DNA of 64,000 bases from Candidatus Micrarchaeota archaeon (lineage in GTDB: Archaea; Micrarchaeota; Micrarchaeia; Anstonellales; Bilamarchaeaceae). The translations under genes and the position numbers were made by a program. Below the pieces are notes generated by a model. That model saw only the letters and a list, made by a program, of their open reading frames with translations, was not told the origin of the DNA and made no database searches. The DNA is taken from assembly GCA_964552755.1 (NCBI GenBank), contig CAZKHX010000003.1, positions 11,899 to 75,898 of the forward strand, in the 5' to 3' direction. Below are positions 54,185 to 61,812 of the stretch, piece after piece (within the stretch, counting starts at the first letter, position 1; the number at the start of each line of letters is the position of its first letter).

Positions 54185-55624
54185 CTAATACTGCCGCGCG
54201 ACGTAGAGGTAAACCATTGCGGGCCTGCCGCACGCAACGCACTTTTTGCCTTCCGGGCTTTCCGTTTCCCCGAACAATGAGCCACGCACGTTCCCTGAGC
54301 ACCCGTCCTTTATCTTCCCGGCGCAGTGCTCGCCGTCCATGCGGTCGGTGCAGAACGGCACTTTCACGAGCATTCCCGCCTTTACCAGGGCGTACAGGTC
54401 TTCGAGGGTTTCCGCGGTTGCGAGCGACTTCCCGAACTTCCCGTCCGCCAGGTTGCGGATGTTTGCGTTGAGGTCTTCCCCGCCCACCGCGATTTCCTCC
54501 TCGAGCTCTTCAATTGGCAGGGTTTTCTTCTCGCCGGTGTCCCTGCGCACGAGCACCACCGCGTTCTCGTCAAGCTCCCGCTTGCCGGCTTCTACGCGCA
54601 GTGGGGTGCCGAGCAGTTCCCATTTATTGAACTTGTAGCCCGGGGATTCCTCGGAATCATCGAGCTTGACGCGGCATTTCCCTTCCAGCTTTTCCGCGAT
54701 GCCGCGCACGTATTCCAGCACCTCTTCGCGGCCCTCCTTCCTGAATATCGGGATGACCGCAACCTGCACGGGCGCGAGGTTGAAGGGGAGCACGAGCCCC
54801 TTCGAATCCCCGTGCACCGAGACTATCGCGGCGAATATGCGCGAAATCGCGGGGCCGTAGGTGGTCTGCCATACATGCTTCTCCTTCTCGTCGTCATCCA
54901 TGAACTTCACGCCGAACACCTTGGCGAAGTTCTGGCCCAGCATGTGCGTGGACGGCAATTGCAATACGCGGCCGTCCGGGAGCATCGTGTCCGCGGCATA
55001 GGTGTCGACCGCGCCTGGGAACTTGTCCCACTGGGGCCTCCTGAAGAAAAGGAAGGGCACTCCGAATGACATGTGTATCATCTCCTCCGTGGTCTCCATG
55101 TCCTCCTGCACCTGCGCGAACGCCTCCTCCTCGGTGGTGAAGCAGTCGTGCGCCTCTATCCAGTAGAACTCCCGCGTGCGTATGAAGGGCTTCGTCGCCT
55201 TCGTCTCGTGCCTCCACACCTGGCAGGACTGGTAAATCTTGAGGGGGAGGTCCTTCCTCCCGTTTATCCAGAGCGCGTACATCGGGTACATTGCGGTTTC
55301 CGAGGTGGGGCGCATCGCCATCTTCTCCTCCAGCTCGGTTTTCCCGCCGTGGGTTACCCAGAATACCTCGGGCACGAAGCCCTCGATGTGCGCGGACTCG
55401 GCCTTGAGGTTCCGCTCCGGGATGAGGGAGGGGAAGTAGGCGGGCGAGTGGCCCTTGCGCTCCAGCGCGTCCTCGTACTCCCTGTACATGAGGCGCATCA
55501 CCTTCGCCGCATTGGGCGGGATGACCATGAAGCCCTTGAGGTTGTAGCGGAGGTCGCAGAGCTCCGCCTCCTTTATCACCGTATTGTACCATTCCGAGAA
55601 ATCCTTTCCCTTCTCGATTTTCAT
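54185..55624 (-). CDS. proS: prolyl-tRNA synthetase (archaeal/eukaryal type)
   Basis: FSEWYNTVIKEAELCDLRYNLKGFMVI, class II motifs and the C-terminal zinc-binding domain ending ...ARQY are present. Confidence 0.9.
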   Translation of the reverse strand: MKIEKGKDFSEWYNTVIKEAELCDLRYNLKGFMVIPPNAAKVMRLMYREYEDALERKGHSPAYFPSLIPERNLKAESAHIEGFVPEVFWVTHGGKTELEEKMAMRPTSETAMYPMYALWINGRKDLPLKIYQSCQVWRHETKATKPFIRTREFYWIEAHDCFTTEEEAFAQVQEDMETTEEMIHMSFGVPFLFFRRPQWDKFPGAVDTYAADTMLPDGRVLQLPSTHMLGQNFAKVFGVKFMDDDEKEKHVWQTTYGPAISRIFAAIVSVHGDSKGLVLPFNLAPVQVAVIPIFRKEGREEVLEYVRGIAEKLEGKCRVKLDDSEESPGYKFNKWELLGTPLRVEAGKRELDENAVVLVRRDTGEKKTLPIEELEEEIAVGGEDLNANIRNLADGKFGKSLATAETLEDLYALVKAGMLVKVPFCTDRMDGEHCAGKIKDGCSGNVRGSLFGETESPEGKKCVACGRPAMVYLYVARQY

Positions 55625-55758
55625 TGGAATCAGGGGAATTGTGGGAAAGAGAAATTAAAAATCTGCTGAGTCCGCTTTGATTGATGAAAAATGGAAGAAA
55701 GTGTAAAAAAGCAAACTTATATAAATGCTGATTGGTGCATATAATACTAGGTGCTAAA

Positions 55759-57522
55759 ATGGCGTCTCCCCAGAAACAGCAAACGAAAAAATATGCGCAG
55801 GAGAAGGATTTCGACCTCTGGGCCTCCAAGGCGGAAAAGGCCGGCAAGGTAACCAAGGGGCTGTTCTTGCAGATTTACGAATACCATAAGGACAGGGTGC
55901 TCTACCCTTCCAAGAATGAAATCATGAAGAGGACCATCGCGACCATTAACCGGATAGAGAAGGAGACGGGCATTGGGCTCAAGTTCCACAAGGTGGGGAA
56001 CATGCAGGTGCCTTCGTTCTACTGGAACTACTGGGTGAAGGAGACCGTAGGCAATAAGGGCATCGTGCGCAGCAGCACAGGCAAGGAGATGCAGAATTAT
56101 TACAAGAAATACTACGGGACGCTTGGGCTGGGGAGCACCGAGATGATTCCCGATGCGGTGGAGAAGGAGGCGCTTGCGATAATAGAGAAAAAGAAGAAAT
56201 CCAAGGTATATGTCACCGAGAAATACCCCGGCGCGTTCAAGGGCAGGGACAAGGTGCTCAAGGAGGCCGCGGAAAAGGCAACCATCCTCGACAAGAACTA
56301 CTGGGAGAACCTTTACCAGAAAGGGGACTGGGAAACGCTCACGAAAGACGCCGCGAAATTCCTCAAGGCGAGGAATGTTTCGGCGACCGACCAGAACGTG
56401 CTGGACCTGCTCAGGCTGGTGCTCGGCCACGCGGTGGATTCCTATGTTGTGGAATACAAGGGGCCGGTGAAAGCGCCCGAGAAGAAGGCGAAGCCTGCCA
56501 AGAAGGCCGCCGGGAAAAAGAAAATCGTGGAGGAAGGGGCGCTCGGCCCGAACTTCGCGAAGCTGGCGACCGAAGTTACGGTACTGGACATGAACTACTG
56601 GACCGACCTGCGCAAGGAAGAGGACTACGATACGCTGTTTGACACGGTGCACGAGTTCCTCGCCTCGAAGGGCGTGCTTGCGACCGAGGCCGAGCTGAAC
56701 GAATTCCTCGGCATCGTCTTCGGGCAGAGCTGGGGCTACCCGCCCAGCCGCAAGAAAACCGTGCCCGTGAAGGAGGCGGCCGCAATCGAGGCGGTGCCCC
56801 TTGAAACGGGCAAGAAGCCGGGCGCGAAGAAGGCGAAGCCCGGGAAGGCTGCGGCCGAAAAGGCAGAGGTGCCCGGGCTCGGCAGGCCCGTGCTCAATCT
56901 CCCCAAGAAGACCTCCGCGGACCTTACCGTGGGGGACGTCCGCGAGATGGGGACCGCAACCTGGGACCTGCTCAAGGTCGCGGAGCGCGGCGCGGGAGAC
57001 GAGGAAGTGCTCCTTGCGGAAATGGCCTACATGGAATCCCTGAGCGGCACTCCGTTCGAGAAGGAGTTCATGGAGGGCAAGAGGACTGCCACTTCAATCG
57101 GAGGGAAGGGCGGCATATCCAAGGGCAACACCGTGAACAGGCTCAAGTGGGTATGCAACGAGTTCTACAAGGCAGGGGCCATAGACGGGCCGGGGCTGGA
57201 ATACAACGGAAAGTTCGACAAAGAGACGCGCGCGGCGGTGAGGAGGCTGCAGGCATTCCTGATGGAATACGTGGGGCCCGAAGCTGCGCTTGCGGCCTGG
57301 AACCTATACAACCCTAAGAGCAAGGCAACCGCGAAGAACATAGAAAACAAGTTCGTTGACGGCATCTTCGGCCAGGCGACGCTGGACCTGCTCGTGCAGT
57401 ACTACGAGATGCGCGGCGCGGAAGGCGCCGTTGAGGGCATGAGCAAATGGGAAGGCGCCCCCGCGGTGCCGCTGCGCACCACCCACAAGGGCAAGGGGAC
57501 CCCGAAGAAAACGAAGAAGTAG
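55759..57522 (+). CDS. lysine-rich protein with two internal ~65-aa repeats and a C-terminal peptidoglycan-binding-like (PG_binding_1-type) domain
   Basis: The two repeats are ATILDKNYWENLYQKGDWETLTKDAAKFLKARNVSATDQNVLDLLRLVLG and VTVLDMNYWTDLRKEEDYDTLFDTVHEFLASKGVLATEAELNEFLGIVFG. The C-terminal GKFDKETRAAVRRLQAFL...VDGIFGQATLDLL fits the PG-binding three-helix consensus. No signal peptide is present. It was trimmed to ATG 55759. Confidence 0.5.
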   Translation: MASPQKQQTKKYAQEKDFDLWASKAEKAGKVTKGLFLQIYEYHKDRVLYPSKNEIMKRTIATINRIEKETGIGLKFHKVGNMQVPSFYWNYWVKETVGNKGIVRSSTGKEMQNYYKKYYGTLGLGSTEMIPDAVEKEALAIIEKKKKSKVYVTEKYPGAFKGRDKVLKEAAEKATILDKNYWENLYQKGDWETLTKDAAKFLKARNVSATDQNVLDLLRLVLGHAVDSYVVEYKGPVKAPEKKAKPAKKAAGKKKIVEEGALGPNFAKLATEVTVLDMNYWTDLRKEEDYDTLFDTVHEFLASKGVLATEAELNEFLGIVFGQSWGYPPSRKKTVPVKEAAAIEAVPLETGKKPGAKKAKPGKAAAEKAEVPGLGRPVLNLPKKTSADLTVGDVREMGTATWDLLKVAERGAGDEEVLLAEMAYMESLSGTPFEKEFMEGKRTATSIGGKGGISKGNTVNRLKWVCNEFYKAGAIDGPGLEYNGKFDKETRAAVRRLQAFLMEYVGPEAALAAWNLYNPKSKATAKNIENKFVDGIFGQATLDLLVQYYEMRGAEGAVEGMSKWEGAPAVPLRTTHKGKGTPKKTKK

Positions 57523-57526
57523 GGGC

Positions 57527-58237
57527 TCAAAACCTTACCCCCAGCCTCGCGACCGGCGCAACGTCCGTGTGCTTTTCTTCCAGCTCAGTGAACATCCTCA
57601 GCTGAATCCCTGCGGAGAGCCTTCCCCCGAACAGGATGCCCACGCCCAGCTCGGAATATATTGTTTTTGCAAGGATGTTCGCCTTCACCAGCACCTCCAT
57701 GAATACCCTGTCCGCAAATGTCTTGCTTGCGTAGGCCACGAGCTGTATGTCTTCTGCGCCGCCCATGCTCCAAGGGGAAACCCTGAATAGCAGGAAGAAC
57801 CCTCCCGGGCTTGCGCTGTACATCAGCCCCGGGCGGAATACGGAATCCATGCCGCTGCCCGCATCCACCTCCGCATATGCGGCGAGCCCCTTGAACAGCT
57901 CCTGGGCAATTCTCCCTTCCCCGTAGAACGTATCGAAGCTCACGGAATTGTCCTTCGAGGGCTCGAAATCGGTGAACGCATAAACCGAGGTGCCGGTATC
58001 GAACGATGCTCCGCCCTCGATGCGGAGGGTGGGCTTGTTCGCGTGCAGCACGTAGCCCGGCCATGCAATCGCCCATCCCTTTCCCTCGGCCATTGCGGGC
58101 CTTGAGTAGAAGGGGAGCGCAAGGACCGCGCATGCAAGCGTGCCTGCCATTAGCTTCTTTCCTGCATCCCACAGCCTTTTCCCAAAGCGGGGCTTCTCCG
58201 CAACCTTTTCCTGTTTTGCTTCCATTTTGGTTTTCAT
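57527..58237 (-). CDS. secreted protein with outer-membrane beta-barrel-like features
   Basis: The signal peptide KKLMAGTLACAVLALPFYSRPAMA/EG is followed by ~10-12 amphipathic alternating segments, for example SVYAFTDFE, IQLVAYASK and LSAGIQLRMF. The protein ends in ...VARLGVRF with a terminal Phe. The first ATG is at 58237; the track start at 58267 is TTG. Confidence 0.45.
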   Translation of the reverse strand: MKTKMEAKQEKVAEKPRFGKRLWDAGKKLMAGTLACAVLALPFYSRPAMAEGKGWAIAWPGYVLHANKPTLRIEGGASFDTGTSVYAFTDFEPSKDNSVSFDTFYGEGRIAQELFKGLAAYAEVDAGSGMDSVFRPGLMYSASPGGFFLLFRVSPWSMGGAEDIQLVAYASKTFADRVFMEVLVKANILAKTIYSELGVGILFGGRLSAGIQLRMFTELEEKHTDVAPVARLGVRF

Positions 58238-58397
58238 ATCATCATTCCCTTCCGAGTATCCCGTCAAACTCTTTCGGGTTTTTTCTTATTTGTATTTTCA
58301 TGGTAATATGTGGGTTAAAGCGGTATATAAATATTGTTTTCCCCTATGGGGGACACAAAATGGAAACGATTAAATATTCCGCATGAGGAATGGGTTA

Positions 58398-59159
58398 ATG
58401 GATACGAAGGTGCTTGAGGAGTTGGGGCTTACTAAGGGGGAGGTGAAAGCGTACCTTGCGCTGCTGAAGCTCGGCTCAACCTCCACCGGGCCTCTTGCGG
58501 AGGAGAGCGGCGTCTCCCGCTCAAAATTGTATTCCATACTCGGCCGGCTGGAGAAGAAGGGGCTCGCGGGCCACGTGGAGGAAAGGGGGGTGGTGCGCTT
58601 CCAGGCGGTCGAGCCCGCGAAGATAAGGGACTACATCAGGCGCAAGGAAACGAACCTGAAGGAGCTGGGGGAGAAGTTCGAGAATTTCCTGCCGCGGCTG
58701 GAGAGCTGGAAAAGGGGCGCGGAGGAGGTGCAGAAGGTCACGCTCTACCAGGGCTTCGAGGGCATAATCACGGTGCACGAGCACACCTACCCCAAGCTGA
58801 AGAGGGGGGAGGAATACTATTACATGGGGATAGCGTCTACGCAGACCGAGAGGCACCACAGGTACTGGCTGAAGGACCACCTTCGCAGGATAAAGGCAGG
58901 CATAAAGTGCAAGCTGCTTTACAACCGGGACGTTCCGCTCGAGATACTGAAGGGCAGGAACGAGTTCCCGGGGTGCGACGCCCGATACATGCCGAAGGGC
59001 ATCCAGCCTCCGGCGTGGTTCCTCGGATACAAGGACACCGTTTCCATCTGCGTGCCCACCGGGAAAACCATCACCGTGGAGATAATCAGCCAGGAAATCG
59101 CGGACTCCTTCAGGGAATACTTCGATGCGGTGTGGGCGAAGGCGAAGCAGTTCGGGTGA
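58398..59159 (+). CDS. TrmB-family transcriptional regulator
   Basis: MDTKVLEELGLTKGEVKAYLALLKLGSTSTGPLAEESGVSRSKLYSILGRLEKKGL is the TrmB wHTH. The start was trimmed to Met6 of the track ORF. Confidence 0.75.
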   Translation: MDTKVLEELGLTKGEVKAYLALLKLGSTSTGPLAEESGVSRSKLYSILGRLEKKGLAGHVEERGVVRFQAVEPAKIRDYIRRKETNLKELGEKFENFLPRLESWKRGAEEVQKVTLYQGFEGIITVHEHTYPKLKRGEEYYYMGIASTQTERHHRYWLKDHLRRIKAGIKCKLLYNRDVPLEILKGRNEFPGCDARYMPKGIQPPAWFLGYKDTVSICVPTGKTITVEIISQEIADSFREYFDAVWAKAKQFG

Positions 59160-59241
59160 TGCAATGGGTTCGCACGGTAAGGCTCTCCGGGAGCGGGGCG
59201 GGAGTATATGTATTATAAGGGGCTCCGGTGATGTGTGCCCC

Positions 59242-59889
59242 ATGGGCAAGAGGAAGCAAAAGGCCCCGGAGCCCACGCGCGCAGTGGGCCCCCACAATCT
59301 CATGCTTGCGGCAGTGAAGGGGGCAAAGGCAAAGGCCTCGCGGAAGAAATGGGGAGCCGCGGCGCGCTCCTATGAAAAGGCGCTGCACATGGCAAGGCGC
59401 CTCAGGGCGGCTGAGCTCATTGCGGAGCTTGCGGAAAAGGCGGGTGGGGCAAGAGCGCGGAATTCTGAATATGAAAAGGCAGGGGAGAACTATTTGGAGG
59501 GCGCGCACATTCTCGGCTCGTTCGCTTCGGGCAACGGCATCCGGGCGGTGAGGGAATCCTCGCGGCTTTTCGACCTTGCGGGCGATGCATACCGGAAAGC
59601 GGGGAAGCTGTTCAAGGCGGGGAACAGCTACGGCCATGCGGGCCTGGTGCTCCGCGAGAACGGGCTGGATGTTGAGAAGGGGATGAAGTTCCACGAGAGG
59701 GCGATTGAGGTTTTCGAGGCGGCGGAGAAGCTGGAGGGCCGCTGCACGGACGGCGACATGCTCTACAAATGGGGGAATTGGGCGCGCACGCTGTCAGAGC
59801 ACCACAGCGGAAGGATGGTGTCCGAGGACTGGGCTGAGAAGGCGCGGGAAGCAGGCAGGCGGCTGAGCAGGCTCCAGCGCAGAGAGTAA
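59242..59889 (+). CDS. helical-repeat (TPR/SNAP-like) protein, unknown function
   Basis: Repeated A..YEKA..../AG.NY..GA helical hairpins are present. I chose ATG at 59242 because TATTATAAG (59211-59219) lies 27 nt upstream. ATG at 59164 is an alternative. Confidence 0.4.
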   Translation: MGKRKQKAPEPTRAVGPHNLMLAAVKGAKAKASRKKWGAAARSYEKALHMARRLRAAELIAELAEKAGGARARNSEYEKAGENYLEGAHILGSFASGNGIRAVRESSRLFDLAGDAYRKAGKLFKAGNSYGHAGLVLRENGLDVEKGMKFHERAIEVFEAAEKLEGRCTDGDMLYKWGNWARTLSEHHSGRMVSEDWAEKAREAGRRLSRLQRRE

Positions 59890-59923
59890 TCCCTTTTATT
59901 GCTTTTCTTCGAAGGGGCGCATT

Positions 59924-60889
59924 ATGGGAAAGAAATACGGCGTGAATGTGAAGAAGGTGCGAGGGATACAGGCTTCGATAAACAGGGCTATTTTTGCGGG
60001 CAGGAAGGGCGCGCTCGTCGGGCATTATGCGGGCATCGTGCCGTTCAAGGGCGAGAGGCTTGCGATACATACTGATGGCGTGGGCACAAAAGTGCTGGTT
60101 GCGCAGGCGGTGCGCAAATACGACACCATAGGAATAGACGCAATCGCAATGAACGTGAATGACATCATCTGCGTTGGCGCGCGGCCGCTTTCGGGCGTGG
60201 ACTACCTTGCGGTTGCGAAGGAGGATGGATATTTGATTTCTGAGATAATGAAGGGGCTTGTGAAGGGCGCGAAGGAAAGCGACATCTCAATTGTAGGCGG
60301 GGAGACCGCAATCATGAAGGACGTGATCAAGGGGGGAGAAAGGCCCTTTGATTTGGCCTTTACCGCGCTGGGGGTCGTGGAGAAGTACACCACCGGCGCG
60401 GCTTCCCGGCCGGGGGATGTGATGATAGGGCTGGGGAGCTCGGGCATCCATTCCAACGGGTACACGCTGGCGCGGAAGACATTGAGCATGAAGAAATGGG
60501 GGAAGGAGATGCTCAGGCCCACGAAAATCTACGTGAAGCCGGTGATGGAGATGCTGCACAAATCAAAAGTGCACGGGCTTGCGCACATCACGGGAGGCGC
60601 GTTTTCCAAGCTCACGCGGCTGAACAAGAAGGTGCGCTTCCAGATTGACGAGCCGATGAAGCCGCAGGGGATTTTCAGGGAAATCTGGAAATCGGTCGGC
60701 AGCGAAAAGGAAATGTACCGCACGTTCAACATGGGCATAGGCATGGTCGTAGTGGCCCCTGCGCGGGAAGAAGAAGGCATATTAAGCATAGCGAAGAAGC
60801 ATCGCGTGAAGGCGCAGGTCATCGGCAGCATCGAACGGGGGAATGGAGTATACCTTGGCAAGACCCGGCTGGACTACCAGGTGGGCTGA
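59924..60889 (+). CDS. purM: phosphoribosylformylglycinamidine cyclo-ligase (AIR synthase)
   Basis: LAIHTDGVGTKVLVAQ...YDTIGIDAIAMNVNDIICVGARPLSGVDYLAV and IGLGSSGIHSNGYTL match PurM. Confidence 0.8.
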   Translation: MGKKYGVNVKKVRGIQASINRAIFAGRKGALVGHYAGIVPFKGERLAIHTDGVGTKVLVAQAVRKYDTIGIDAIAMNVNDIICVGARPLSGVDYLAVAKEDGYLISEIMKGLVKGAKESDISIVGGETAIMKDVIKGGERPFDLAFTALGVVEKYTTGAASRPGDVMIGLGSSGIHSNGYTLARKTLSMKKWGKEMLRPTKIYVKPVMEMLHKSKVHGLAHITGGAFSKLTRLNKKVRFQIDEPMKPQGIFREIWKSVGSEKEMYRTFNMGIGMVVVAPAREEEGILSIAKKHRVKAQVIGSIERGNGVYLGKTRLDYQVG

Positions 60890-61812
60890 TGGGAAAGGTT
60901 GAGAAAACCCTTGCGGACATAAAGGCGCTCAAGATACAGGGGGCAAGGAACGTTGCCAAGGCCGGAGTTGGCGCGCTTGTCTGGAGCATCGAGGGCTCGA
61001 AGGCAAAAACCCACGGCCGGCTTGCAAGCGACGTGAGGGCGGCGGCAAAGAAAATCTCGAGGGTGAGGCCCACCGAGCCCATGCTCAGGAACATGGTTTC
61101 GGAGGCGGAGAAGGTTGCGCTCGGCGAAATTGCGGCTTACCCGGGAAAAGACATGCGCGTGGTGAAGAAGCGCATAAGGAAGGCGGTTGGCGCGCACCTG
61201 AAAGAGGTAAAGAAGAATGTTGAGAAGCTCTGGGATTACGGAGCGGAGCTTATCCCGAAGGGGGCGGTAGTCATCACGCACTGCCATTCCAGCACCGTTA
61301 CGGGAATCCTGAAGAGGGCGAAAAGAAAGGGGAAGAAATTCAGCGTGGTCGCGTGCGAGACGAGGCCCAGGTACCAGGGCAGGATTACCGCGGCGGAGCT
61401 TGCGGCCGCGGGCATCCCGGTGACGCTCACCGTGGACCTCGGGGTTGCGAAGTTCATGAAGAAGGCGGACATCGTGCTCGTGGGCGCGGATGCAATCACC
61501 GCAACGGGCGACCTCATAAACAAGGTGGGGACTTCCGCGGTGGCGCGGCTCGCGCGCATAAACGACGTTTCGTTTTTCTCGGCATCGGAAACGCTGAAGT
61601 ACGACCCGCTGACCGCCTACGGCAAGAGGGAGGAAATAGAGCAGCGGGACCTGAAGGAGGTATGGGGGAAGCCCGCGCGCGGGGTGAAGGTGGCGAACCC
61701 CGCATTTGACGTGACGCCCGCGCGCTACATGAACGGGTACATCACCGAGATGGGGATAATCCCGCCGCAGAACCTTGCGGACATGGTCGCAAGGAAAAAG
61801 GAGGTTTTATGA
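60889..61812 (+). CDS. ribose-1,5-bisphosphate isomerase / eIF-2B alpha-beta-delta family protein
   Basis: IKALKIQGARNVAKAG, VVACETRPRYQGR, ADIVLVGADAITATGDLINKVGT and NPAFDVTP are present. It is adjacent to AMP phosphorylase. Confidence 0.75.
   Translation: MGKVEKTLADIKALKIQGARNVAKAGVGALVWSIEGSKAKTHGRLASDVRAAAKKISRVRPTEPMLRNMVSEAEKVALGEIAAYPGKDMRVVKKRIRKAVGAHLKEVKKNVEKLWDYGAELIPKGAVVITHCHSSTVTGILKRAKRKGKKFSVVACETRPRYQGRITAAELAAAGIPVTLTVDLGVAKFMKKADIVLVGADAITATGDLINKVGTSAVARLARINDVSFFSASETLKYDPLTAYGKREEIEQRDLKEVWGKPARGVKVANPAFDVTPARYMNGYITEMGIIPPQNLADMVARKKEVL

Noticed and set aside
54894-55856. A 320-aa minus-strand ORF, together with the 55747..56652 301-aa ORF
   Set aside because: The first is an alternative frame over proS and its upstream spacer. 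The second is antisense to the repeat-containing 55759-57522 gene. Both are R/G/H/P-rich without motifs.
58521-59303. A 260-aa minus-strand ORF
   Set aside because: It is antisense to the TrmB-family regulator, whose wHTH is clearly recognisable.
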